64,000 nucleotides of DNA, from assembly GCA_002269645.1 (NCBI GenBank), contig NIVC01000591.1, forward strand, positions 620,001 to 684,000, given 5' to 3'. The notes beneath the pieces were generated by a model that did not search any database, was not told the origin of the DNA, and saw only the letters and a list, made by a program, of their open reading frames with translations. A program made the translations under genes and the position numbers. Below are positions 11,098 to 23,979 of this stretch, piece by piece (the stretch's first letter is position 1; the number at the start of each line of letters is the position of its first letter). The stretch comes from Macrostomum lignano. Taxonomy: Eukaryota.

Positions 11098-14000
11098 ATG
11101 ACTGTCTCCCAGGGCATCCACTGCTTGCAGGTCAACCTGCAGCACAGCATTGCTGCTTCAGTCAACCTCTTGAAGCACACTGACCAATACGCGCCAGGGA
11201 TTATCCTTATCCAGGAACCTTGGACGCTTAGGGGCAGTCCCCAACATGTCCCCACCGGCTACCAGTGTTTAACCGCTGGTACCCGGGAGGGAAACCTGGC
11301 ACCACGATCCTGCATCATGGTGTCCAGTTCTATTAACGCATGGCTCAGATCAGACCTGTCCACCAGGGACATCTGTGTCATCCAGTCTGAAGACATACTC
11401 CCTGGGAGGACTACCCTCATCGCCTCGGTTTACCTACCGGGCGACGGCGAGATGATCCCAGTAGAGCTTGTCACACTGGTCGAGCTCTGCTCCACCAGAA
11501 ACTATGAGCTGCTCGTGGCAGGTGACATCAATGCCCACCACACCCACTGGGGCAGTTCTGATATAAACCAGAGAGGTGAAGACTTCCTGGCTTATATTGC
11601 TACTACAACCCTTGAGTTCTGTAACTCGGGTAGTACCCCTACCTTCAATAACGGACGCCGATCGGAGGTGCTGGATGCCACCCTCGCCACGCCCAGGCTC
11701 TTCCAGAGCACTAGGAAGTGGCGGGTGCTTCCTGAGGCGTCCCTCTCCGATCACAAGTTCATCTCTTTCACGCTGGCCAGCGCCCGTAACGCAGGCAAGC
11801 TTTACTGGAAACGGAATGCTAGGAATACCGACTGGACCGCCTTCAGGCTTGCCCTGGAGGAGACCTATCGTTGCACTAGCACTCCAGTCTCCATCAAAAC
11901 CTGCGAAGAAGCAGATGAATTTGCGGCCGCACTTACGGACTCGCTCACTGCTGCCTTCGAAGCCTCATGCCCACTAAAGGCATATAAAGGCAAACAGTCG
12001 GCCCCATGGTGGAACCCGCAGCTTGGCGACCTCCGTCGCAGAGCCAAAAGGCTTCACTGCAGGGCCCAAAAAACTAAAAACCCGGCCGACCAAACCGCCT
12101 ACCTGAACTCTATCCACGAGTTCAAGAGGCAGGTTAGGAACGCCAAAATCAACAAGTTGCGCGAATATTGTGAGGAACTTGAGGGTTCCCGCCCCACCTC
12201 CAGAATCGTTAAAGCCCTCACCCTGGACAAAATGTCCAAACTCTCCTCAGTCAACAGAGCCGACGGCTCGCTCACTGAGAACCCAGGAGAAACGCTGGAA
12301 GCGATGCTAACAGCATTTTTCCCGAACGAGCCAGCCAGGCCCGACCCCCCTGATCACTCAGTGGGCGGACACGTACTGGCTGACTCAATCATCACGGAGG
12401 ACCGCGTTACTAAAGCTGTCTCCTCCTTCAAACCCTTCAAATCCCCAGGACCGGACGGCGTTGTGCCAGCCTTCCTGCGGGAGGCGGTGAAATGCACCGG
12501 TTTCCTGCGGAACCTTTGCCGGCTTCTGAAAGCTTGCATTGTTCTCGGCTTTGTTCCGAAACCCTGGACCGAGGCCAAGGTGGTCTTTATCCCCAAGCCC
12601 GGCCGACCGGACTACCGGTCCATTAAATCCTTCAGACCAATTAGCCTCACCTCCTCATTGGTGAAGCTGTTAGAGAGACTGGTGCTCTGGCGCCTCCTCT
12701 CTGTGGAACTGAAGAACAAGCCGCTCAGTGAGAACCAGCACGCCTTTCGGGCAGGCAGGTCCACGGAGAGCGCGCTTCACGTTCTGGTTGACATGCTGGA
12801 GAAAGCCGTTCTTGGTAATGGCTACGCTCTCGCTGTCTTCCTCGACATTGTTGGAGCCTTTGATAATGTCCTCTTTGAGGCTTTTGACAGAGCTCTACGT
12901 GCTAGAGGAACCCACTCGCACCTCACCCGGTGGATCATGTATATGATCAGCCACCGTACTGCCACCGCACACCTGTTGGGCCACCAACGGACGGTAACCG
13001 TCTGCAAAGGCAGCCCCCAGGGCGGTGTCCTCTCTCCAGTTCTCTGGAACATGGTCATCGATGAGCTCCTCCAGGACAGCCATCTTGACCCCATCCTCAA
13101 GGTCGGTTACGCCGATGATGTCACAGCCGTGGCATCCGGACCGTCACCTGAAACCCTTAGGGATCTTTTGCAAAACTTCATTCGCTCTGCTGAACGTTGG
13201 GCGGACAGATGCGGCCTCAGGCTCTCCGAGACCAAAACTGTCGCGATCATGTTCACCAGCAGGGTAAACTGGCGTATTCGCCCACTAAAGCTTTACGGGG
13301 TGGAAATTCCATCCTGCAAGCAAACCAAGTGTCTCGGCGTTACGCTGGACCACCGGCTGAGCTGGTCCACCCACGTCCAGGCCAAAACCAAAAAAGCCCT
13401 CGCGATTCTTGCGCAGCTGCGCAGAGCCGTCGGCACCACCTGGGGCCTCACCCCAAAACGGCTCTGGTGGATCTATACCGCAATGGTCCGACCGGCCGTT
13501 ACTTACGCCGGCCTGGTCTGGACCAGCGCCTTGCAGATTAAAACCTGCCACGAAGCCCTCAAAAAGGTGCAGGGACGTGCGTGCCGCATGATCCTGAATG
13601 CCCCGCTCTCTGCTCCCTTTGACGGCCTCAACGCCTTTCTTTGCCTCCCGCCTCTGGACATCTTTGTCCGTCGCGAGGCTGCTAAAACCACCCGCCGGCT
13701 CATCGAGGCTGGCGTAGCTTCAAGCCACAAAGAGCGATGGCGAAGCGCAAGCTCCTGCCGCACTCTGACCTGTGCCTTAAAGTTCTGGAGGAGAGTGGGA
13801 GTGCGGCTGTCCTTTCGGACGCTGAACCGCGCTCCCTCAATCTCTACCAACGCTTCAAGGTCACTATCCCCTCCAGGGAGAACGCCAACGACAGCTGGGC
13901 CCCTCAGGAGGTTCACTGCTTCACTGACGGATCCTCCAAAGACGGTTTATCCGGCTTTGGAGTCTGTATCCTTATCAACGGCCGCGTGATTGCTACTCAC

Positions 14001-14770
14001 GCCCAACACACTGGCAGACACTCCAGCGTCTTCCAGAATGAAGTCCTTGCCATCAGCTCCTGTGCAGCTGAGCTCCACTGCAAGGACTTCAAGGACAGAA
14101 GAATCTTCTTCCACTCTGACAGCCAGGCCGCTTTACAGGCCCTGTGTCACACCACTACGAACTCCCGAACAGTCCGCGACTGTATCGGGCAGCTCAACAA
14201 GCTGGCTCGGAGGAACACCGTCCGGCTTACGTGGATCCCAGGACACGCCTCGCTAAGGCGGGCTGTTCCGGCTCGCCCCTTGGCCCCGTGCCCCTGGCCT
14301 CCATCCCCGCCACAGTCATTAATCGTCAGATTAACGACTGGGCGGACATCCTGCACTTGCGCAGATGGGATGGTATCTCCAACTGCCGCCAATCTCGTGC
14401 GGCAGTGCCCAATCCGTCCCTCAAGCTGCGGAGAATCCTTTTAAATCAAAATCGAAAAGATATCTGCGCTCTCACTATGACCTTCACATGTCACGGTTGC
14501 TTTGCCAGGCACTGCTTCCTCCGATGTGTTCGCCGGAGCGAACTCTGCCCTTTCTGCAACCTCGAGAACGAAGACGCCAAGCACTTCGTCTGCTACTGCT
14601 CGGCCTTCAACCGAGACCGGCTCAACCACCTCGGGCCCAACCCGTCCTTGGACGACGTTTGCCGGCCCGAGAACATCCCACGGCTCATCCGGTTCCTCCG
14701 GGCCACCAAACGAGCCTCCGTCTTCCCCACCGAAGACAACGCTGCAGACAGGACCGGCAGACCTCCCTGA
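11098..14770 (+). pseudogene. LINE ORF2 polyprotein (endonuclease-RT-RNase H-zinc knuckle), disrupted
   Basis: EN motifs VNLQHS, LIQEPW, GDINAHH, SDH. RT motifs FRPISLTS, PQGGVLSP, YADD. RNase H motifs FTDGS, NEVLAI, SDSQAAL, WIPGH. C-terminal CPFC-x8-H-x4-C. There is a frameshift near 13718 and a deletion near 14248. Confidence 0.93.
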
Positions 14771-16061
14771 CCGGCCCCGCGCCCTAGCCTATGCGGGTCT
14801 TTTAGGGATTAGCGGAATGGGCGACGCTCGCCTCCCCGCTGCGTCTTCGGACCGCCCTGCAGCTAAGTCAAGTAAGTCAAGTTCAAAGTCTGGGCGGGAA
14901 CGGTACAGTAGGCCGCACCTCCAACAGTAGTGTCGGGGACGCCGGCATCAGCCAATATACGCGTTTTCCTCTGGGGCCTTTGAGTTTGCGTTCTCACTTT
15001 CCTAAGATAGATGTCTAGCGGTCTAAGGTTCTTACAGCTCTTAATCTCTCCTATCAGGCCGTCAGAGAAAACCGTATAAACTGACGGGATCTCCTAGTAT
15101 CTAAGCTGAGTTTGAGTCTCTCTAGGTTTCGCTCTGCGCGACAATTAAGACAAATGATTATATCGAAGACTTGGATTTGTGCCAACTGGATAATCCAGAG
15201 ACTGATTCAAATGGAGCAATTCGAGATCGAAAACTGCGCAGGAGACACGAAGCGCCGCTCCAGTTTGAAAGGAGCGTCTATTTATACCAATTAGCATTTT
15301 TGATCTCTCCCGCCGCCGGTGGGGTGTCTTCGCGTTGTTAGCAACGGCGGGGGGTTTTGAGCAATAAAATCTGAGACTCAGTCCCCTAGTTGTACATGAA
15401 TTTAGTTAGTTCTAATAGGTTGCTAAGTGTGAAGGTTAGAGATTATTCGGGCTTTCGCAAATCTATGTGTTGAGTTGGATAAAATTTGGGATAGAAAGAT
15501 TATAGAAAAAGTGCTTAGTTTTCCGTCTCTAAACTTTGTACATAGATGATTAAACAGTCCTCTGTTTCTCTCGGTTGTCAGGCAGCTTGGGGTTGATCTC
15601 GCCCTCTTGGGCCACTTCAGGTTAGATAGAAGTCTGTAGGTGGGCCTCACGTTTCTCCCTCAGGGTGCGCCAGAAGATGCCGCGTGCCGCGTTGTTCTTT
15701 AAGCTGAGCCACTTCTCCCAGCCGGTTTAATCGCCCCTGTTCCTGCGGCGGGGTATCGCTACTGACTGGAATGGAAAAGGACCTAATTAGATTCGGCTAT
15801 TCAAATTGATTGACAGCTAATTATTATCTTAGAGCTGCTTCAGTTTGCTGTTCTCATAAGTAACTAGAGGCTCTATTGTGCTGTTTTGCCTTGCCCTTCA
15901 CTGCGCCTGGACTTTTCATAAATTTCTACCTATCTTCTAACTTAGGGTTAAAACTTCAGATTTCTAACTCTTATAGCCAAGCAGGCAGTCGACGAAACGC
16001 CGAGTACTACGTAGATGTACCTGTCCTCGTGGGACGGATCGCACTTGAGGACGTACAGTAC

Positions 16062-16389
16062 CAGGGGCGTCGCCACCTGGGGGCGGGGAGGACAGGGGGG
16101 CCGGGACCGACATATCCCCCCAGTAAGAGATATGGGGGGACATGCCAATTAATGCTTTGTCCCCCCACTCCACCTTGCGACCCGTTATGGAAAACTTATG
16201 GGAAATGAGTGCCTGCGGCGCCAAAATGAGTGCCTGTGGCGCTAAAATAAGTGCCTGCGGCGCTAAAAATGAGTGCTGACAACAGCGATTCTAAAAAATA
16301 TTTTACATGTAAGAATTTAGTCATGTACACTTACGTATAGAATTCTTGGCTTTGTCCTCCACACCATAAAGTCCATGGCGACGCCCCTG
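16062..16389. mobile_element. hAT-type MITE, 328 bp
   Basis: Perfect 14-bp TIRs CAGGGGCGTCGCCA / TGGCGACGCCCCTG, with the 8-bp TSD TACAGTAC (16054-16061, 16390-16397). An internal ~21-bp repeat occurs about 3 times. Confidence 0.9.
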
Positions 16390-16652
16390 TACAGTACCGT
16401 AGCTTCACTGCGTCGAGTGCGTTTTAACAGGTTTATCAAAAGTGTTCGTGACGCATCTCTTTCGATCGTTCGTTCCAACCATCGACTGGTAGCTATACGA
16501 TGCATATAGTACATATGAGTTTGAGCCGTTGGCCGAAAGTCCTAAAACGTCCATCGAAGTTTGGTATTTACGTCCGGCTCGCCAATAAAAGGACGTCGGA
16601 ATGATGCACGGGTGTCGATCCGACTGCTGATTTACTGAGCAGCTGATTTACA

Positions 16653-17423
16653 TGTATGGTTGATGATCCTGCAGGTCCATCGCTCACAATGCCCTTGCCC
16701 CGACCACGGCGCGATCTCCACCTCTCATCTCCCTGCCGCTGGTTCATTCTGGTCTCCCCCCTCCATCCTAAGCTGCCATCATCCATTTTATTTTTCTCGT
16801 TTTCATTTGCACACATTTTCATTGGCTGGCTGGCGCCCTTTCGTCTCTTTCTCGTTTGGGCTAGTCCAATCATGTCTCTCGCTGCGGAGGCACCTGATTG
16901 GCTATAGCCTTTCTCCTTCTTTCTCTCTCACCCTTCAACTGTGTGAACTTGGCCCCAGCCCCAGCTCGCCCTCCCTGCTCTCTACCACTCTAGCCTTGCG
17001 CAGCATGCTTTGAAGACTCAACTAGAAGTACATTCAACTGAAGCTGAAATATAGAGGCCAGGCCTGTATGAGGGCGTCAAGTGACACCTCCCAGTAAGAC
17101 AGTGTTTGATTCCGTTCATTTGTCCTGTCTTCATTATTCACTTCTCTCAAGTGTCTGCACGCCTCCAGACCCGTGCTCACCTCTGCTACTGCTGAGTGGT
17201 TACCTGCTCACAGCCTCCTCATCCGCATGTCCTTCTCGCCGTAGGGTTGGACGAGTTTCTGTACGCTTCTAGCCTCTCCACTTCCACCTTGAAGTGTCTG
17301 TACACCTCGGGGGTCGCCTGTCTCTCGCCTATCACACACACGGTAAGTTCTGGGCAGTCCAGTACCCGAACCCCCGATCACCCCGTCTGCGGTCCTCATG
17401 GACGGAAGCATAAAATACAACAA
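16653..17423. mobile_element. Possible solo LTR or other GC-richer repeat
   Basis: The segment starts TG, ends ...CAACAA and is flanked by a TTACA direct repeat. It contains CCAAT/ATTGG boxes. The termini are not perfectly canonical. Confidence 0.25.
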
Positions 17424-17849
17424 TTACATAAATTATTCCTACAATCAAGTGTCTGCGCGATATTTCTAATGACAAAAATTTTTTAGAAGGTTCACAAAAA
17501 TTCCCAGCGGTCACAGAAGGTACCTGTACATGTAAAACTAAACGTAAAGCTTTCTGCCGTGACGCTTTAGTATTAATTTCGACGAGACAGGTTGAAATAC
17601 AATAAAATAATAAAATTTTAAAAGACTACTGTTCGGCACTTTTACGTCCTGATCTCTAGATCTCTTAAGCACTGGACACAAAAGCTAATTCATGGAAAAC
17701 TAGACAGAAGTCACTTTAAGAGATAAAGCATCTGTCCACGACGTAATCCGATCCAGAAGATAGTCTATGGCAGGGGTCGGCAACTTTTTTACAGACAAAG
17801 CCAGACAAAGGAGGATTTGATGAGAATGAAAGGAGAGGAAATAGGAGAT

Positions 17850-18240
17850 GAGAGACGAGAGATTGGATGGGATAGGAGAAAAAGAAGATAAAGAGAGAAG
17901 AGAGAGAAGAGTGTCAAGAGGAGAATGGGGAGATAGGGAGAGGGGAGAGGGGGAGAGGGAGAGAGGGAGAGGGGAGAGAGGGAGAGGGAGAGAGGGAGAG
18001 AGGGAGAGGGGAGAGGGGAGAGGGAGAGGGGAGAGAGGGAGAGGGGAGAGAGGGAGAGGGGAGAGGGGAGAGGGAGAGGGGAGAGAGGGAGAGGGGAGAG
18101 AGGGAGAGGGGAGAGAGGGAGAGAGGGAGAGGGGAGAGGGGAGAGGGAGAGGGGAGAGAGGGAGAGGGGAGAGAGGGAGAGGGGAGAGAGGGAGAGGGGA
18201 GAGAGGGAGAGGGGAGAGAGGGAGAGGGGAGAGAGGGAAA
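17850..18240. repeat. Polypurine (GA/GGA-rich) low-complexity tract
   Basis: Runs of (gagagg/gaggggagagag)n. Confidence 0.95.
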
Positions 18241-18269
18241 GGTAGAGATATGAAAGAGGACAGAAAAGT

Positions 18270-19460
18270 AAAAAAAGGGGAGAGGATTTTGAGTCCGGTG
18301 ACTACATGTAGACTTTCGTCTTATGGTCTGTCCTGGAACCGTAAGGCTCAGCTGACTGATCAGACTGCTTGAGCGTGAGTGCGCCTGGTACTGATGATGA
18401 TGATGCGATCGAACCTCTCTCTGGTCGCCTTCAGCAACGACGCATCGCGAGACTTCAACAACTGCCGACTGCAAAGCAGCCACAGAGTGTCTCGGGTTGA
18501 CCCCGGAAGACTCCTGAAGCAGAGGCAGTGTGCCGATTTGCACCGGGTATCCGACTTTGACATCGAGTCCACTCGACGAGAAACAAGCGTGCAATTCAAC
18601 TTCGTAACTAACCGCCAGTGGATGCGGGGTTGATCCGACATGCAACAGAGTGCTGGGCACAGTGCCAGGAATGTGAATTTGACACCTGGCCATCCAGCAG
18701 TGTTGCGAGTACTGCTCATCAGCTTGCAAGGAGTTCTCTGCAACCACCGTACTGCGGCTGGCACCGTGAGCTGGACTAAAAGTCCGCACCGGCTCGCCTA
18801 GAGCTGTCACTGTCTGCACGAGGCGAATAACGGCTCGTTCAACGGGTAGGATGCTGACAGAGCCGCTGGTGAGACTCATGGAGCCGTCGACAGTCTCACA
18901 GGCAGAACATAGGCAGATTTGGTCAACACCAGTGACGCCTTGATATCGCCACCGAGCATGTTTGCACTGCCTACCGGCAGCTGTTTGCACACAGTTCCAG
19001 AAACCTGGTCCGCTCTAACAGCCTCGGAGTTTAAGTCGACCTCTTCAATCAAGCTGAAGTACCTGGTCGCTTCTCGAGTTCCCGAAGATGACGAATCTTC
19101 TAGCACCACCCGACAGCAGTAGCGAACGAATCCAACATCCTCACATTCGATAGAGTGCGGCAGGTTGGCATCGAGGCGAAATTGAAAGTCATATCGACGA
19201 GACTCCAGAATTCGATTCGCGGGCAGAAGGTCTCGCCTCGTCACTGACCAGTGTTCGCGCCTGTGCCTACGCTTAGCTCCACTGCTGGATAGCTCTACTG
19301 CCTCCCAGAAGCCAAGGTATTCCGCGTAGAACTTTGACGCTTGTAGGTAGGCGATGCTGTTGCAGTCGAGTAGCACCCATCCAGTTAGGACGCGGCCACT
19401 TCGATATGCCGGCTTGGATTCACCCAAGTGTAACTCCAATCTGGGTTTACGATTCGACAT
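18270..19460 (-). CDS. Alpha-arrestin (arrestin-domain-containing) protein with a 1-nt frameshift at about 18902
   Basis: Arrestin-N-like motifs (YRSGRVLTGWV, YDFQFRLDANLPHSIE, GFVRY) in 18876-19460 continue as arrestin-C-like (ETVDGSMSL..VIRLVQTV..IPGTVPS..VSYEVEL..YPVQIGT) in the 17914-18990 frame. Restoring one G gives YVLPGETV. The 3' end is unclear because the frame runs into the microsatellite. Confidence 0.8.
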
Positions 19461-20780
19461 TGAGCTGGTGGTAGCTCAGATCTTTGGAGCTCGATAGTGT
19501 TTTTCTTCTAAATGACGAGTAATTCCAGTTATTTACTGACAGGTGCACAGCGCCAGATGAACTTACAGCTTATCGATAAGGACAGGGAGCAAGAGTTAAA
19601 AGCACGTGGGGCCTCTGGGTAGGACTGGGCTATAACATTTTATCGCTTTTTATTACATTTACAGTCAAAACATTGAAAACTGCACTGGTTTTGAGTGGCG
19701 GACGGCAGTTCATGATTCTTTACTAGACTGGAATGGTAAAACCAGCTATTTGGCTGCTTTCCGAATGTGGCTGGCTTTTTATCAGCAACGAGGCCCAATT
19801 TGTACTAAAAATTGAGTAATAATAAATACGAGCTACGTTCAAATACACGTCTTGAAACCTAGTAGGCAGTCAGTAGCAACTTAGGCCGGTGCTATATTTC
19901 AAGGAGCCGATTAGGGAGGTAACATTTTGTACATGTACATAAGCAATAATAAATGGAACTCACTCAAAGCAGCAAGCAAGAATGAGATGCTGTACGGCCT
20001 CATGCATAGGAGACTTACTGCCCGGTCCTTTAGAATCTGGTCCTAAATGAATAGAAAAACGATAAAACAGAGGTAGAATTAGAAAAGTCCTCTCTGTATC
20101 TGACTTTGCTGTGCGCTTTTGTCACTGTGGACCTCTTTATCAGCAAAGTCTTCGAGTTGGACAGCTAAAAGATGTTCTGCATGTGCATACAGATATTCGT
20201 TGCCGGTCATCAAAATCAACCGCAGAGACGCAGACCTACATGGATATACGTAGCTGCATACTTGGCATATTTTGAGACCTGCATATAGTTTCCCTGTTTT
20301 GGGAAAATCTAATGCGATCGATCCTGTTCAGGTCGAGAATGCCTGCTCATACTGTTCGGGTGCAAGTCGCGTGAAGACACAGCCTACTGGTTTGCTCATC
20401 ACACAATTAAGTCTTTAGCATCTCTGAATGTCTCTGCATCAATACGATTAAACGCTACAAGCTCACTGAAGTGTACAAGAAACAGATGGCAAAACTCGCT
20501 CGCTTCGGTTTGACTCTTCTAGGACTGAACTGAGTCTGAGGCGACGAGGCGTGGAAAGCTCTGCTGATCAGCCACAGTTTAGTTATTTGCCTCTGTCGCT
20601 GCTTGTTTAAATGTGGTTGCTTAGCAATAACAAGTCCGCGTAGTAGAGGGAAGAGGCTTTGGAGACCAATGATGGATAGGAAGAGTCGCGCTAAAAATTT
20701 TCGCATTCTATAAATATGTCGGTTAATGAATTTAGCTGCTTATCGACTGCCTGTGGTCTACTGGAGCATCAGAAACTGAA

Positions 20781-23487
20781 ATGACACTGCTGGATTTGCG
20801 ATCGCAGCTGCACCTGCTTCTGTTCCAGCTGCTCTTTAGTAAGTCTGCCTTGGAATTGGATCAAGATTTTCTTTATTCAAGCTAACTAATTTCGAAGAAA
20901 TTTACTACTAGCGCTACAGGAAGAAACTTTGTAAGGACCAATATAAACGCTTTTCAGTCACTGAACGATAGTTCTTTGGTCTTCAAGATATCGCTCGAAA
21001 TTTCAACGCGTAGCTAATATCCTCAGTTAGACATGTAGAAAGATTTCCTATGTAGCATGCGGTTTAGACAATGAGAAGATAGCTCAGTCAATTTACAATC
21101 ATCATCAAATTTTCTTCAAAATAGACTGGGCACTCAAGGTGAATCGATCGCTCGCATTTCAGGATTAACATTCGCTGAAGAGCTCGGCCCCATCAAGACG
21201 TCACACAGTCTCAAAAGCTATTCTCTAAGGAATAATGGTTCTGTGATCGTGAGCCAGCACCTCAGCAGCAAGTTGATCAACACGAGCGTTCGATCCGACG
21301 CTGACTGCTTGCTGACGTGCCAGGAGAACTCCTGCACCGCCGCCATCGTCAAAGACGTCCCAACGGGTGGCTGCAAGTGCCAGGTGCTCGTCACCGACCC
21401 TTTGATGGGGCGGAGTCAGAGTCCAGAGAGCTTCATTGCCAGAGCGTTCCAGGCTAATGACGGCGTGAGAATCTGGACAGCTGAGAACTTTGAGAATCTA
21501 ACGACGCCTAAGAAAATCAATTTCGCGATGACTTTTATTGGTGAGTCTGGAGCATTGCGCAACTTAAAGAATTAAGTCACTTGTTTCAAATCCAATTTCT
21601 AAGTACAATAGCTACTGTAACATTTCAGCCGCAGGCTCGGGGAGACTTGGCTCTGTTCAGTTTGTGGCAATAAACGACAGCGGCTGCTACCGCATCGCAG
21701 CTTACGGTGCCAGAGGCGGTCTCAACACAAGGTACACTCACCAGAAACCGGGCAAGGGTGCCTCGACTGCGGGTAACTTTTTTCTGACCGCCGGCACTCG
21801 ACTGGCCCTTGTGGTGGGTCAGGCTGGCGAGAGCTCGTCGGGACAGTACGACGGGGCTGGCGGCGGCGGAGGCAGCTTCGTGTATACTTCCGACAAGGAC
21901 CAGCAGCTGCTCATTGCAGCCGGGGGAGGCGGCGGCTCTACGTACAGAAATGATGGCAAGTAGCGATAGACATGTAGAGTTGTCTGTGTTCTGCACACTG
22001 ATGTACCACTACATACATTCCCATTATTTTGTCTTCAGGCACCATTGTGAGTTGCGCGAAGGGGCTTTAGCACGAAAACGCTTTAGCACCAAGGGGCTTT
22101 AGCACCAAGGGGCTTTAGCACCAAGGGGCTTTAGCACCAAGGGGCTTTAGCACCAAGGGGCTTTAGCACCAAGGGGCTTTAGCACCAAGGGGCTTTAGCA
22201 CCAAGGGGCTTTAGCACCAAGGGGCTTTAGCACCAAGGGGCTTTAGCACCAAGGGGCTTTAGCACCAAGGGGCTTTAGCACCAAGGGGCTTTAGCACCAA
22301 GGGGCTTTAGCACCAAGGGGCTTTAGCACCAAGGGGCTTTAGCACCAAGGGGCTTTAGCACCAAGGGGCTTTAGCACCAAGGGGCTTTAGCACCAAGGGG
22401 CTTTAGCACCAAGGGGCTTTAGCACCAAGGGGCTTTAGCACCAAGGGGCTTTAGCACCAAGGGGCTTTAGCACCAAGGGGCTTTAGCACCAAGGGGCTTT
22501 AGCACCAAGGGGCTTTAGCACCAAGGGGCTTTAGCACCAAGGGGCTTTAGCACCAAGGGGCTTTAGCACCAAGGGGCTTTAGCACCAAGGGGCTTTAGCA
22601 CCAAGGGGCTTTAGCACCAAGGGGCTTTAGCACCAAGGGGCTTTAGCACCAAGGGGCTTTAGCACCAAGGGGCTTTAGCACCAAGGGGCTTTAACACCAA
22701 GGGGCTTTAGCACGAAAAGGCTTTAGCACGAAAAGGCTTTAGCACCAAGGGGCTTTAACACCAAGGGGCTTTAGCACGAAAAGGCTTTAGCACCAAGGGG
22801 CTTTAGCACCAAGGGGCTTTAGCGCCAAGGGGCTTTAGCACCAAAAGGCTTTAGCACCAAGTAGCTTTAGAAATTTACCTTTAGCCAACACCAATGAGGC
22901 TTGATTCTCATGACTCTGCCTCATGCTCAAGTATCCCAGCCGCTAACAATGTAGTTAATTAATATTCATTTTCTGAAGGTATCGACGGCTCCGCTCGGAC
23001 AAGCGGTGCAAGGGATACTTCAATGTCAACCAGCTATTCGGGATTTGGAGGCTCGAACGGCAACCCAGGTACTGTAGCGACCTACTATTCGAGCTACCAC
23101 TGCAAAGGCGGAGCTGGAGCCGGCTGGCTCGGGGACGCTGTCCTGAGTACGCGTTAAAGATCGTGCGACGGTCGGGGCGGAAAGAGCCGCGGCAGTGACT
23201 GGTTCGGCGGAGACAGCAGCAGCGGCGGCGACGGTGGCTTCGGAGGCGGCGGCGGAGGCGGCAGAGGATACTCATACAGGTACTCGTACTCCTACTACCG
23301 CAGATATTACGGTTCGGCCGGAGGCGGCGGCGGCTACAGCGGAGGCGCGGCCGGTGCGAGCGGTAGCGGCGGCGGTGGTGGCGGCTCCGTCTGTTTCGGC
23401 GCTCAGTGCGTCACAATGGGAGGTGGGAACTCTTGGGCTGATGGACGAGTGCTGGTGAACGGGTATTTCTTGTCAGGGTGCAAATAA
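20781..23487 (+). CDS. Secreted PAN-like + ALK/LTK-type glycine-rich-domain protein (GRD1); premature stop, possible pseudogene
   Basis: Phase-compatible exons 20781-20838 (signal peptide), 21163-21540 (Cys PAN-like), 21629-21955 (GC donor) and 22979-23487 total 424 codons. GRD motifs: CYRIAAYGARGG, LVVGQAG, GGGGSFV, LLIAAGGGGG, GGAGAGW, GGFGGGGG, GGGGGYSGG, DGRVLV. An in-frame TAA lies at 23155-23157. Confidence 0.8.
22062..22868. repeat. 17-bp tandem satellite (GGGGCTTTAGCACCAAG)n, about 46 copies, intronic
   Basis: Read directly; lies in intron 3 of GRD1. Confidence 0.97.
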
Positions 23488-23979
23488 GGCAGGTGAGCGG
23501 GCAGATGTAGAGTACGATGAGTAAGGATGTGTAAAAGTGGGGTGAGAAAGGAGATGTAGAGTGGGAGGGCGAGTCTATATTTTTCAGTGATAGTGCTTGG
23601 GTGTTTGAAATTCTCAAATTTTGCAATGGCCTCGTAATTGCAGTCGTAACTACAGTAAAGCTACAGATACTTATCCTTGATAATGAAGTAAGTAACTAAG
23701 AAACGAAGTACAATTTTTTATTCGTTTCTAAACATCTTTTCAGTCAATTTTTATTCATACTACTGGCTACAAAATCTCAATTTTTAACTCTAGATTTTTA
23801 ACCTCTTTAAAATCTGAATATTTTGCTTTACTAGCCTTATTAAAATCGCAAAAACAAACCACTTCAAAAAATTAGTGTCCAACCAAAGACAGCCACTTCA
23901 AGATGAAAGTGTCCACTTTAAGAAATGGGTGTCCAATACATACTCGAGCTGTTCACTTCAATTCAAATGGTGTCTATGT

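Larger units (their letters stand above)
9094..14881 (+). mobile_element. Full-length non-LTR retrotransposon (LOA/R1 group; APE-EN + RT + RNase H + CCHC), about 5.8 kb, disabled
   Basis: The 15-bp TSD TTCAAAGTCTGGGCG occurs at 9079-9093 and 14882-14896. The element has a 5'UTR of about 490 bp, ORF1, ORF2 and a 3' tail of TAAGTCAAG x2. Confidence 0.93.

Noticed and set aside
9993-14930. Many overlapping and antisense ORFs within the LINEs (also 46303-49457)
   Set aside because: These are GC-rich shadow frames, apart from the frameshifted continuations already used.
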